Shown here piece after piece: positions 18,882-28,802 of a DNA stretch of 64,000 nucleotides. Every line of letters starts with the position of its first letter. Position 1 is the first letter of the stretch. The position numbers and the translations under genes are program-made. The notes below the pieces were generated by a model. It ran no database searches and was not told the origin of the DNA. It was given only the letters and a program-made list of their open reading frames with translations. The DNA comes from Spirochaetota bacterium (GTDB lineage Bacteria > Spirochaetota > UBA12135 > COTS27 > CBDBHE01), in the NCBI GenBank assembly GCA_965205605.1, contig CBDBHE010000007.1, forward strand, positions 288,001 to 352,000. Reading direction: 5' to 3'.

Positions 18882-20432
18882 TTATCGATATTTAAAAAGG
18901 AAGAGGTCCCAAGTGTAAACTTTAAAAGTAAGTTTTAAGGTAATATCGTTATAGATCGTATTTCTAACGTGGCTTGAAAGCGAACGAACGCGATACTCTT
19001 TGCTGGCTAAATCAAAATAAAAAAAGCCTGCTGAAGCAATGTCATTGGAAAAAAAAATACTTTCACCTTGGAGGTCGGGAATATAACTTTGCGTCTTTGC
19101 AATGGCAGACTTTAAAACAAACTCAGACTTTAAAAGTCGGTTGTGGTCATTGCTTGCTCTGATAAGCGTGATGGGTGAGGAAGTGTTTAAATTAACATTC
19201 TTTAAAGTGTATTCAAAAAGAATGAAGTGCTTTGACGTACTGATGACATCCTGCTGGGCTGATGGGTCTGCAAGCACTGATTGAGAAGAAACAAGGACGT
19301 CATTAATCCGTAAACCGACACATTGATATAGCCCCATCGAGTTTCGAAGATAGTCTCCATTCGAATAATTAATGCGCATTTTAAGATGAGTATTAAGATA
19401 CGTGTACTTTCTACCTTCCGATAAGAGATTGCGATGGATACCTGCTCCGGTGTCATTTGTTTGGTAATCGATGTTGCAATCTTTAACGATAGCCCACTTG
19501 GCTCCAATGGCAACCTGACGCTCACTTGGAGTCACATACCAAGGGGCAATATGAAGATAAATGTTTTCAACGGTCACTTGTTTAAAATCGTAGCCGTCGA
19601 TGACCGTGGGGCCATAACCATGACCATGACGGTGGCCTTCAATTAAAAACTCCCCTTGGCTTTTTCCTTTGAGATGCAAGGTCCATTGGCTCAGATTTTG
19701 GCGTAATGCATCAGACAAAGGTAAAGTCTCACTCTGTGTGCTTAGTCGGTTCATCGTGCCCTCGTACTCTAGCATCAAGTTTCGATGCCCTAAAGCATGC
19801 AATCGGTCAAAATAACCACCACGGACAAAACCCTCAAAAGCTTCTTGAAGGGTAAAATGCCATCCTGCCAGACTAATCACTCCCCACTGGCGACAGTCAT
19901 AAAAAAGAATGTCGTGCCCTATGACTTTTTTAAACAAGTAAAGCGGTCTCTTGTTTTGCCCAATATGAGGGTATTCAAAATTACTTATTTCTTGCCTTAG
20001 CACGCTTATTTCCCCTGATGTATCACAGAGGACGACTTGATATTCGTCTTCTAAGACTAAATCTGTAAACGCGATATCACGGGTGACTTGGATAGGCTTG
20101 CCTTGAATAAGGACTTCCCCTTTTTGGATGGTAAAACTAATCGTCTCTTCACTAGGATAGTAAATATCAATCACTTCCATCCCCTTGATAACGGCATTGT
20201 CTCTTCCTAAAGCCGCTCCCCCAGCATCTAGCCTTTCTTTTATCGTGTCGTACCCTCCCCTAGCACTTTGGACTTCTGCGTCACTCAGTGGGCTGCCTTC
20301 TATCTCTCTCACTCGGTGCTCAAGGTCATTGTGAGCCTCCTTAATCCCTTCAAAGTTTTCATTTAACACATGCGAGCTGGCAAAAGCCTTTCTTTTAATC
20401 TCATACAAATCATTGGCATTAATTTGACTCAT
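18882..20432 (-). CDS. Putative tail fibre / receptor-binding protein
   Basis: N-terminal LNENF...AEVQSARGGYDTIKERLD motif typical of phage fibre anchors; last structural gene. Confidence 0.55.
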   Translation of the reverse strand: MSQINANDLYEIKRKAFASSHVLNENFEGIKEAHNDLEHRVREIEGSPLSDAEVQSARGGYDTIKERLDAGGAALGRDNAVIKGMEVIDIYYPSEETISFTIQKGEVLIQGKPIQVTRDIAFTDLVLEDEYQVVLCDTSGEISVLRQEISNFEYPHIGQNKRPLYLFKKVIGHDILFYDCRQWGVISLAGWHFTLQEAFEGFVRGGYFDRLHALGHRNLMLEYEGTMNRLSTQSETLPLSDALRQNLSQWTLHLKGKSQGEFLIEGHRHGHGYGPTVIDGYDFKQVTVENIYLHIAPWYVTPSERQVAIGAKWAIVKDCNIDYQTNDTGAGIHRNLLSEGRKYTYLNTHLKMRINYSNGDYLRNSMGLYQCVGLRINDVLVSSQSVLADPSAQQDVISTSKHFILFEYTLKNVNLNTSSPITLIRASNDHNRLLKSEFVLKSAIAKTQSYIPDLQGESIFFSNDIASAGFFYFDLASKEYRVRSLSSHVRNTIYNDITLKLTFKVYTWDLFLFKYR

Positions 20433-20555
20433 TTTTTTTTTCTCCTTCCTTTCTTCCTTCCTTAATTAATTAATTAATTATTTTTATTTTTATTATTTTT
20501 ATTATTTTTATTTTCAGATAAGTTTATTTTTATTATTTTTTTAAAAAAAAAAGCT

Positions 20556-22286
20556 TTACAAGTAGGGCGGAAAAGCGGGCGGCTTGCCTACAATCGCTTT
20601 AGTGGCTTGAAGGGCCAGTAAAGAAGGAAGTTCAAAATTGTCTTTTGTCAAAACCCCAATATCTCCCTTTTCGTCCGTATAAAAGTCATAAGCAAATCCA
20701 ATATCATACTCTCGTGCTTCATCATAGCGACTGGCTGTAAAGGCTTTAAAAGTATTAAGACCCAAAATGGTCTTGTTTAAGGCTCCGCTTGCAAACCGAT
20801 GAGAAACTTCGTTTACTTCAAAAATATAAAACAAGTCAATCGTCTTAACAAAAATAAACACTTTACTGCCAAGGGAAAAAAAAGGATACCCATTCCAAAG
20901 GACGAGTTTTTTAATTTGAGACAAGGTTTTGCTTTCATTGACGAGGAGTTTTTTAGCCAAGAAAAAACAAGCCACTTGATTTTGAAATAAAATGTTTTTA
21001 ACATCCAAGCTTTTAGAATAACCTTCTTCAAAAAATTGACTCATATTAAACACGCTAGCCGAAATCGTTTTGTCTGCTTTGTCCCCTTGAGCTCTCATCA
21101 AGTCTCTGCCTCTAATTCGACTTATGACCCCTGGTTTCAAACGTTCAAAGAAAAAATACCTGACTTTGTTTCCCGCTTCATTTAAAGCCGTGAGCGGAAA
21201 ATTAACTTTAAAGCTTCCCCGGCTGATAGTAGGAAAAAACTCTCCCGAGCCTAAATCTAGCTCAAAATAATCATTTTTTTCACCTGCTCTACTGGCAAAC
21301 CTAATGTTTTTTAAGGTTTTTTCTGGTCCAAAATCACTCCCTCGTTTTGAAACATTGACGATTTTAAAACCTCTTTCATCATTTTGTTGAAACTGACTAA
21401 GGCTTTCGATTTCACCTTCATCTAAATTAAGGACCTCAAGGTTTTCATTTGGATTTCGAACCACTAAAACCTCCCCAATCTCTTTTTTAACCACCGAAAT
21501 AAGCTCCAAATCAATCACGGACTTGGCGTATTCAAAGCACTTGTTCAAAGCTTCCAAGCAAGACATTCTTTCAATGTCTTCTAAATCAACCTCCCAGGGC
21601 CATTCTCCCCTCCCCCTTGAGTTTAATTGTTTAACCCTTTCATCCACTTTTTCCTTAGACAAAATCGCCAAATCTGCCCCCACAGACGTATCAAAAAGAA
21701 AGCCCGTGAGATGACTAAGACCCGCACTTTCTAAAATACTTTCTACTCCCCTTGTAAAAGACCATCCATTATCAAAAATAAAGGGAAGCTCATTATCGGC
21801 CAGCCGTCCAAAAATATCTCGAGCTTTGAGGTTGATTCGAGCTGATTTTTTTAAGGTCACTTCACTGATTTCTGCCTGGTCAATGCTAAAAAGATAATGC
21901 TTGTAATAAACCATTCGTCCCCTCAGCCGGCTACCGATATTCACCAAAAGCTTGTCCCCTACTTTAAAATTAAACAACCCATCATCTCCAATAGAATACT
22001 TGCCATCACTCACACTAGAAAGCGTCAAATCCAAAGTCGTGGCATTGCGAATAAAACGCAATTTACCCCTTCTGTTTTTTCCATTGGATTCACTAATTTT
22101 CAAACTTTCCACGTCGTTTAAAACCTCAAAAGTCTCCCCTCCAAAAACAAGCCCCCCCCCTTCGACTTGCTTGGAAACTTTCGCATCAAGAAGGTATTGG
22201 TCACTATTTTGCAAGAGATTTTTTATCTCAAAATCTTGTTCAAAATCAAGATCAATTAAGCTATCTGTTGAAAAAAAATCCATCAA
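20556..22286 (-). CDS. Putative baseplate hub / tail-tip protein
   Basis: Position after tape measure and Dit-like gene; INLKARDIFGRL and FEVNEVSHRF motifs. Confidence 0.5.
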   Translation of the reverse strand: MMDFFSTDSLIDLDFEQDFEIKNLLQNSDQYLLDAKVSKQVEGGGLVFGGETFEVLNDVESLKISESNGKNRRGKLRFIRNATTLDLTLSSVSDGKYSIGDDGLFNFKVGDKLLVNIGSRLRGRMVYYKHYLFSIDQAEISEVTLKKSARINLKARDIFGRLADNELPFIFDNGWSFTRGVESILESAGLSHLTGFLFDTSVGADLAILSKEKVDERVKQLNSRGRGEWPWEVDLEDIERMSCLEALNKCFEYAKSVIDLELISVVKKEIGEVLVVRNPNENLEVLNLDEGEIESLSQFQQNDERGFKIVNVSKRGSDFGPEKTLKNIRFASRAGEKNDYFELDLGSGEFFPTISRGSFKVNFPLTALNEAGNKVRYFFFERLKPGVISRIRGRDLMRAQGDKADKTISASVFNMSQFFEEGYSKSLDVKNILFQNQVACFFLAKKLLVNESKTLSQIKKLVLWNGYPFFSLGSKVFIFVKTIDLFYIFEVNEVSHRFASGALNKTILGLNTFKAFTASRYDEAREYDIGFAYDFYTDEKGDIGVLTKDNFELPSLLALQATKAIVGKPPAFPPYL

Positions 22287-22292
22287 TTCCTC

Positions 22293-22691
22293 TTATAAAA
22301 GCTCCGTTGAACTCATTTCAATCTCAAGCACATGACAAACTTCAGATCTCTTTTCACCAGAAAAAGTAGGGGATAAAAACTGTTCTTCTTCTCCTACATA
22401 AGAAAGCATGACTGACAATTCATTTCTCTTAGGCCGTACAAATGATTTTAAAGGGTCCCCCTCCTCAAGCACAATGGCAATATGACGAGAGCTTTGCAAG
22501 TACGTCTGAAAAGCCTTTATTTGCCCATACACCATCAAAGCCAACAATTTTACTTCCAGTCGCCACCCTTTAATCTGCTTTTTAAGCGAACCACTGAGCG
22601 TTTGAGTCCTTGACGACACTTCTTTAAAATAAATCCTCGGTTCATTATCAATGATTTCAAACAATTCTTCGTTTTCATTTTTAAAAATCAT
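22293..22691 (-). CDS. Putative distal tail protein
   Basis: 132 aa, SRTQTLSGSLKKQIKGWR, directly after the tape measure gene. Confidence 0.45.
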   Translation of the reverse strand: MIFKNENEELFEIIDNEPRIYFKEVSSRTQTLSGSLKKQIKGWRLEVKLLALMVYGQIKAFQTYLQSSRHIAIVLEEGDPLKSFVRPKRNELSVMLSYVGEEEQFLSPTFSGEKRSEVCHVLEIEMSSTELL

Positions 22692-22726
22692 TTCTTCTTA
22701 TCCTTTTTTTAAAGCCCTTTTTTTCA

Positions 22727-23761
22727 TTAAACCGTTTGTCCACTAAGACGCTGGATTTCATTTTGAGTTTCAATAAGGTCGACCGTATCAAAGTAAAAAT
22801 GATTTTCAGTTTGATAATGTTGAGTTTGTTGGTTTTCAGTTTGATGCCGAGAAGAAGAAGGACTGAAACCTAAGGCGAGTTTTTCAAGAATGCTCGTGGG
22901 AATGACCGCAGAAGGAGAAGCAGGAGTAACAAGCTCTGCCCTAGAAAAATCACCGGGAATATCCCCAACAATAGCACTCTTGCCAGCAGCAATCAATCCT
23001 CCTGAAAATAAAGAAGGGGCTTTTTGCCCAAGAATAGCACTCGTTTGGGCCGCTCCCGTCGCCAAAACCGTCGCCGCATTAATCAAGTTTAAAGGAAAAA
23101 TACTCGTTACAAGCGCTTTGGTCGCCGCCAAAGCCGCATTAATGATCGCAAGGCCTACCGATAAGTTTTGATTAAAAAAAAAGCCATCCCTCGCTCGCCT
23201 ATTTTCTGCTTTTTCCAATTTCTTTTGAGTTTCCCCTCGAGCAATTTTCGCTTTCTCCACATCATCTTCTCTCTTTTGACGCCTCGCTGCAATCGCTTCT
23301 TCAGCAAGAACTTTTTCGTCTTCAAGCTCAACCTTCCTTAAAGCTTCCTCTTCATCCAAAATCGCTCTGTCTAAAAACGCCCGTTCAAAAACATCCGCTT
23401 CACTTTTTTTCTCCGCTCGTAACAACTCAAGCCTCTCTTCAATCCGATTTCTCTCAGCTTCTTTTTTTAAAGATTGCTCTTCTTCCCCTTTTCTTTTTCG
23501 CTTTTCTCTTTCTTTCTCATTAAACTCATTAAGCGCCCTCACCGCCGCCTTCACCACCTTACCTTCGGCTTCCAAGTTTTTTCTTAAAGCCTTGATGTCC
23601 CCAAATCCTTTATCAAAATTAGTCTTAAAAAATCGATTTAATTCCCCAAAAATCCCCCCTTCCCTAAACTTAAAAACTTCCTCAGTCGACTTAAGACCCT
23701 CTCTAAAAAGATTTAAAGCCCCCTCAACTTCATTAATTCTCTTAGCCGTATTATCCATCAA
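22727..23761 (-). CDS. Short tail tape-measure-like protein
   Basis: Charged coiled coil, then Ala-rich AIINAALAATKAL...GAAQTSAILGQKAPSLFSGGLI...VGD...AELVTP, a typical tape-measure C-terminus. Confidence 0.7.
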   Translation of the reverse strand: MMDNTAKRINEVEGALNLFREGLKSTEEVFKFREGGIFGELNRFFKTNFDKGFGDIKALRKNLEAEGKVVKAAVRALNEFNEKEREKRKRKGEEEQSLKKEAERNRIEERLELLRAEKKSEADVFERAFLDRAILDEEEALRKVELEDEKVLAEEAIAARRQKREDDVEKAKIARGETQKKLEKAENRRARDGFFFNQNLSVGLAIINAALAATKALVTSIFPLNLINAATVLATGAAQTSAILGQKAPSLFSGGLIAAGKSAIVGDIPGDFSRAELVTPASPSAVIPTSILEKLALGFSPSSSRHQTENQQTQHYQTENHFYFDTVDLIETQNEIQRLSGQTV

Positions 23762-23976
23762 ATTAACCCTTCCCTTCCTTTTTTTTAAACCAGCCTTGTT
23801 GCTTCTTTTCTAAATCATTCATCTCTTCGGTCATCTGATTCTCTTTGATTTTCTTTTCATGAAGATTCTTTTTTTATTCTTTTTTTATTCTTTTGTTATT
23901 TCTGTTGCTTTATTTTATAAAAATCTTTTCTCTCAAGATGATTTTTTTTGAGATTTTTTGAGGATTTCAGCATGGT

Positions 23977-24558
23977 TTATTTGAAGGCGGATTTTTTCTT
24001 TTTCAAGCTCGCGAGCAGCCTGAATCTCAAGAAACGTTTTTGCTCCAGGGTCATCCCCTTCACACCACCCCCAAAATCCATCCTCTCGCCCTCGCCCTCG
24101 CCCTCGCCCTGACTCTGGTAAGGTGAAAGATGACGAATCGAGTCCACAAAAAAAAAAAGTCTCGTCTGATAAAGTAAGATTTTTTTAAATAAATCAAAAA
24201 AACTTTCCACGTTTTCAAACCCCCACTTAAAAAAAGCCCCCTTAAGACCCCTCTCAGCAAAAAAACCTCCCTTCTTTCGAAACGAATACACCAAGTCTAA
24301 CGCCGATAAATATAACCCCTTCTTCGTTAATAAACTCTCCTCAGCAAAGTTCCTCTCCCTAAAAAAAGTCAGTAAACGATCCTTATGCTCAAAAAGTAAA
24401 AAAACATCCAAAGCACTTTTAAGATGAAAACAAACACAGCGTCCCTTTCCTATCTCAACATAAAAAGGTTCGTTCCTCTTCAGCTCAAGAAACTTTAGCG
24501 GTTCATACTCCCAAACAAACTTAGTACCCTTTATCGAACGTTTAAATAAACCCTTCAA
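23977..24558 (-). CDS. Putative tail assembly chaperone
   Basis: Position between tail tube and tape measure genes only. Confidence 0.35.
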   Translation of the reverse strand: MKGLFKRSIKGTKFVWEYEPLKFLELKRNEPFYVEIGKGRCVCFHLKSALDVFLLFEHKDRLLTFFRERNFAEESLLTKKGLYLSALDLVYSFRKKGGFFAERGLKGAFFKWGFENVESFFDLFKKILLYQTRLFFFVDSIRHLSPYQSQGEGEGEGERMDFGGGVKGMTLEQKRFLRFRLLASLKKKKSAFK

Positions 24559-24696
24559 TTCCTTCTCTCCTTCTCTCCTTCTTTTTCAAATCCTTTTCAC
24601 CCTCAGCGATTTATTCTCTTAAATCTCCCTTAAAATCTCCCTTAAAATCTCTTAAGCTTCTTTAACTTTTTTTAAGTTTCTCTTAAACGACTTCGA

Positions 24697-24752
24697 TAAG
24701 TTTCTCTTAATAAGTTTCTCTTAATAAGTTTCTCTTAATAAGTTTCTCTTAA
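24697..24752. repeat. 14-bp tandem repeat TAAGTTTCTCTTAA x4 overlapping a stop codon
   Basis: Copies at 24697, 24711, 24725, 24739. Confidence 0.9.
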
Positions 24753-25627
24753 ACGGCTTCGACTTTTTTCATTCGAAAGCAATCCACTTGAGAGTTTTCT
24801 CTTAAAAGGTCGCTTTCTACTTTCCCACTCAGCGACAACGTTTTAAACTCTTGTCCCCCTACAATCCCCGTTGAAGAGGGATACAGCCGGATTTTAAAAA
24901 CTTCAAATAGCACTAGCTCTCCTTTTTGATTGCGACTGACCGCCTGCAGGCAACTATGGCGATGATTAAATGACCCTGAGCCAATGTGCGTTTCCCCATA
25001 CCCATTCTCATCTAGCCCACTCTTTTTACCCCCAAACACACCGGTGAACATCTCTAAACTAGAAACATTATTTAATGTCAAGCTAAGCGTCGCATCATTT
25101 CGAACCACCCCCGTACTTATCACTCTTTGAGGCACCGTGTCCGTCAGTAACTCCGCTTGAGTCGACTCAAACGTTAGCTCCCTCTCCCCTACGTCCCCAA
25201 CAAAACGACCTAAATCTTTATGAATATTCGTTTCACTGTACTCCCTCGCATCGCCTCCCGCATACACCCTAATCTCTAGTCTTTCCCCATCCGTTAAACT
25301 TACCCTCCTCTTGTCATCAGCAATTAACACATTCTCCGTGCTATCAAAAATAACCTTCCCTTCTACTTTGTCAATCGCCTTAATCTTCGCTCTCCCTAGC
25401 TCCCCTCTCTCCCCCTTAAAATACAAATTGAAAAACCCTCCCGAAACAAAGTCATCCCATTCTTCCCTCTCTCTATCAAGCTCCAACCTTACCTTCGCCT
25501 CCCTCTCATCACTAAGCTCTAACACACTCCCCCTCTCCTCATACAACACAAACGACCCATAAAAATCATGGCTGCTAAGCATCAAGTCTTCACTCAATTT
25601 TTGATCTCTCTCATTACGATAAAACAT
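24749..25627 (-). CDS. Putative major tail tube protein
   Basis: ELTFESTQAEL...ATLSLTLNNVSSLEMF...FKTLSLSGKV tube-like pattern; synteny. Confidence 0.55.
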   Translation of the reverse strand: MFYRNERDQKLSEDLMLSSHDFYGSFVLYEERGSVLELSDEREAKVRLELDREREEWDDFVSGGFFNLYFKGERGELGRAKIKAIDKVEGKVIFDSTENVLIADDKRRVSLTDGERLEIRVYAGGDAREYSETNIHKDLGRFVGDVGERELTFESTQAELLTDTVPQRVISTGVVRNDATLSLTLNNVSSLEMFTGVFGGKKSGLDENGYGETHIGSGSFNHRHSCLQAVSRNQKGELVLFEVFKIRLYPSSTGIVGGQEFKTLSLSGKVESDLLRENSQVDCFRMKKVEAV

Positions 25628-25641
25628 CTTCTGTTCTCCTT

Positions 25642-25733
25642 TTTCTTCTTTCTTCTTTCTTCTTTCTTCTTTCTTCTTTCTTCTTTCTTCTTTCTTCTTT
25701 CTTCTTTCTTCTTTCTTCTTTCTTCTTTCTTCT
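25642..25733. repeat. Heptanucleotide SSR (TTTCTTC) ~13 copies
   Basis: Perfect run immediately upstream of the tail-tube RBS. Confidence 0.9.
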
Positions 25734-25775
25734 TGATTTTTTTACAAAAAAAAAATCCCTGCTTTCTTTTAAAGA

Positions 25776-26105
25776 CTAAAAACGACTCCCTTCTTCTGTC
25801 AAATAATCCAAGCTAAAAAAAATCTTCGCCTCCTCTCTTTTAAACATCACTTTCTCAAAAATAAACGCTTTTTTAATCTTCTTAATCGCAATGTCAATTT
25901 TAAGAAAAAATGACCCCTCTCCTTTAAAATCTCCCGTAAAATTAAAAATAAAATAAGCCCGATTGACCCGCTTCACTCCCTTTTCCCCACTCACTCGATC
26001 AAAAACTAACTCCCCGTTTCCCTCAATCCCTTGCTCCTGTAAAAAACCTCTCACCTCTGTATACAGCCCAAGTAAGTTTTCACCCTTAATCACCCTTTCT
26101 ATCAT
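25776..26105 (-). CDS. Putative tail completion / head-tail joining protein
   Basis: Size and synteny only. Confidence 0.35.
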   Translation of the reverse strand: MIERVIKGENLLGLYTEVRGFLQEQGIEGNGELVFDRVSGEKGVKRVNRAYFIFNFTGDFKGEGSFFLKIDIAIKKIKKAFIFEKVMFKREEAKIFFSLDYLTEEGSRF

Positions 26106-26108
26106 TCC

Positions 26109-26139
<31 letters not shown>

Positions 26140-26157
26140 AATTTTTTTTTTATCTTT

Positions 26158-27081
26158 TTATCTCATTAAAGACACCCCTTTTTTCTCCCCTCTCCCTTCT
26201 TTCACAAACAAAGCTCTCTTTGAAAAATAATGAAGGTATTTCTTCTCATACTCATCCCCTCGTCTTTCATCATCCCCCTCAAAAAAAGACCCTAAGGCCA
26301 GTTTGTAGTAATTGGCAAAAAATCGAAAAATAATGCATTGGTTAATAAATCTTTCTTGATACTTCATCTCTCCTTTCTCGTTTCGAAATCCTTCTCCCTT
26401 TGACTTGAAAAAATCCCCAAGCTCCCTCGCAGCCTCATCCAAGCCGCCTCTAAGTCGTAAGCATAAATTAAACCCATTGCCTCCCTTCGCTATCAGCTTC
26501 TCATCACTTAAAATAAGCTTGCCCTCTTCTTTCACAAATCCCTTCACAAACACCTCTCTTACTTCTCCACTCCCTTCCTCTTCTACCTCACCACTCGCTC
26601 CTATCACTTCCTCTCTCCTCAGCTTCTTAAACCTCTCATCAACTACAAACCCTTCCCCACTAGCCCTAAGCCGCCCCGAAAGATAAAAAAAATTATTAAA
26701 AAAAAAACCCCTATGTCCCTTCCTTAACTCATGCTCATAAATCCGATACGTCATCTTTTCCCCCACCCCACAATAAAAAAACCTCAGTAAAACTTCTCTC
26801 TCCTCTCCCACAGTTTCCCCCTCCCCCATCACCGCCACAGATAAACCAGAAAATACTTCTAAAATAACCTTCTCTCCTACCTTAAATCCTTCCGTCTTCA
26901 CCTCAAGGTTGACCTCCCCTTCTATCGGCTTTACTCCATTCCATTCTTGCTCATTATTAAACCCTTCATTAAACCCTTCATTAAACCCTTCACTCCTCCT
27001 CAACAAACGACAATCAATCGCCTCATCCCCAGGAACATAAAAATGAACCCTGTCTTCACTCCCAACTAAAATCTCTCTCAC
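26158..27081 (-). CDS. Putative head-tail connector protein
   Basis: First gene after the capsid; helical C-terminal domain; in-frame EGFN x3 insertion. Confidence 0.4.
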   Translation of the reverse strand: MREILVGSEDRVHFYVPGDEAIDCRLLRRSEGFNEGFNEGFNNEQEWNGVKPIEGEVNLEVKTEGFKVGEKVILEVFSGLSVAVMGEGETVGEEREVLLRFFYCGVGEKMTYRIYEHELRKGHRGFFFNNFFYLSGRLRASGEGFVVDERFKKLRREEVIGASGEVEEEGSGEVREVFVKGFVKEEGKLILSDEKLIAKGGNGFNLCLRLRGGLDEAARELGDFFKSKGEGFRNEKGEMKYQERFINQCIIFRFFANYYKLALGSFFEGDDERRGDEYEKKYLHYFSKRALFVKEGRGEKKGVSLMR

Positions 27082-27223
27082 TTAACTTCCTCTCTCTTAA
27101 AACTTCCTCTCTCTTAAAACTTCCTCTCTCTCTTAAAACTTCCTCTTATTTGATGGCTTTTAGAACATAAAAAAATTAAAGACTTGCTTAAAAAAAAATG
27201 CCAAGCAAAAAAAGTCTGTGTTT

Positions 27224-27268
27224 AAAAAAAAAAAAAAATCAGGGGGGAAAGTCGCCTCGCCCCCTCTG
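27224..27268 (-). terminator. Intrinsic terminator after the major capsid gene
   Basis: Minus strand cagagggggcgag-GCGA-ctttcccccctg followed by a long U tract. Confidence 0.7.
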
Positions 27269-27321
27269 GGATTTGTCTCTGAGTTTAGGGATACTTTAAG
27301 ATGATTTAGGAATGCTATCGT

Positions 27322-28332
27322 TTAGTTGGTCACTAAAAGAGACATCTTGATATTTTTCCTCTCGCCCACTCGCTCCCAGTTGTCAGCACTACTAAGGTCA
27401 CTGTCAGCTGGATTCTTTTGCGTACCGGTGTATTTAAACCCGTTGGGGTGTAAGCCAAACTCTCTTCTAGAATAAAAAATCTCTTCCCCAGCCCCTTGAT
27501 TGTTTTCAGGCTTGCGGTCAATCTCTATCTCTCTTGTCGTCACTGAAGCGTTTTGTCCAAACAACAACGCCCCTTCTCCCACTAAAAGAGTCACGTATTT
27601 CTTCTTCTTCGGAGACCCGTAACTGATAACAGGCATCTCGTCAGTCACAAAAACATTCAGCCCTTGATAGCGAGTGACCACCATTTCGTTCTTCGACGGA
27701 GACGTGTAATCAATCTGATCTAACGCACTGAGCTCTTTGGCTTTATCACTATGGAGAATGATCGAACTTAAACAACTAATCTCCCCTTTCAGCTTGTACG
27801 CTCCTTCAGTAATATTACTCGCACTCAACCGATTGCTAGAACCTATTGTCGAAAGCGCCACATTATCAGCTACCGTCGATTCATAAAAAAGATCTCCCTC
27901 TTCACTCGAGTTTGCTTTCGCATACAAGTAAATCCCTTCGATGATTTTAGAAATAATCCGCTCATATTCCCCTTGCCAGTAATGACTCAGCTGACTTAAA
28001 ATATGCTCCACAGGGTCCGCTTTAGAAATACTCATTAAATAATTATTCCAATCCCAACTTTTAACTCGTAAAAGCTTGGCCGCTACATTCTCCCCTTGAC
28101 TCAAACTCGAAGAATTAAGAGCCACCGTAGAACCATTCGCCGGCATCGATGAACCACTTAATCCCTTGAAAAATGGAAAATGAATGCTTTCATTCCCCAC
28201 CACCCTATCAGCCAAAGGCTGAAAATAACTCACCGCTTGCGAACTAACAAACGGCCAAGTTTTATATATAAGCTCGCTTAACGTATGGGCAAACTCACTG
28301 CTTTTAACAATATCTGTTGTGCTTTGGGACAC
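27322..28332 (-). CDS. Major capsid protein
   Basis: IHFPFFKGL, DPVEHILSQLSHYW, LHSDKAKEL, YQGLNVFVTDEMP, HPNGFKY...DLSSADNWERVGERKNI pattern of phage coat proteins. Confidence 0.85.
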   Translation of the reverse strand: MSQSTTDIVKSSEFAHTLSELIYKTWPFVSSQAVSYFQPLADRVVGNESIHFPFFKGLSGSSMPANGSTVALNSSSLSQGENVAAKLLRVKSWDWNNYLMSISKADPVEHILSQLSHYWQGEYERIISKIIEGIYLYAKANSSEEGDLFYESTVADNVALSTIGSSNRLSASNITEGAYKLKGEISCLSSIILHSDKAKELSALDQIDYTSPSKNEMVVTRYQGLNVFVTDEMPVISYGSPKKKKYVTLLVGEGALLFGQNASVTTREIEIDRKPENNQGAGEEIFYSRREFGLHPNGFKYTGTQKNPADSDLSSADNWERVGERKNIKMSLLVTN

Positions 28333-28568
28333 TTCTTTTCTCCTAATTATTAATATTAATAATAATAATGGTAATTCTTTAAAGCTCTCTCTCCAAGACC
28401 CTCTCTAAAGGGGCATCCACCCGACTCCAATAATAGTCCCCTTTTCTCTTCCTTCCCCTACCTCCTAACTTCATAAATCTTATAAATCTTATAAATCTTA
28501 TAAAACTTATAAAACTTACAACAAGTTTTACTTCAAGCAAGTGAAAAAATGATGAAAAGTTCCCCTTT

Positions 28569-28596
28569 ATCCTAAACCCAAAATCGACTTTGTCAA
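28569..28596 (-). promoter_or_regulatory. Putative promoter upstream of the capsid gene
   Basis: Minus strand TTGACA-N16-TAGGAT, about 235 bp before the start. Confidence 0.4.
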
Positions 28597-28802
28597 CTTT
28601 TTTTTTTATATCCTTAATTACAGAAGAAATGTCAAGCAAACAAACCCTCTGTTTAAAAAAAAAATGTTAAAAACAGGAAAAAAATATCCTTGACATTTAA
28701 CGACAAACAAAGATTATCTTTGCTTTTTTATTTTTTGTAAAATAAAGTTCTTAAATAAAGCTTTTCTCTCGACTCACAAAGGCAGTTCTTAAGCAAAGCC
28801 TT

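Noticed and set aside
23762-24160. Programmed -1 frameshift of a tail-chaperone G/GT pair
   Set aside because: Slippery homopolymers exist (~24148-24158, ~23779-23789), but I could not show a -1 shift giving a sensible extended product, and homopolymers are ubiquitous here
28379-28639. 86-aa ORF upstream of the capsid gene; likewise 16836..17027, 33373..33561, 36750..37145, 37289..37474
   Set aside because: These run through repeats, homopolymers and motif copies and look like chance ORFs
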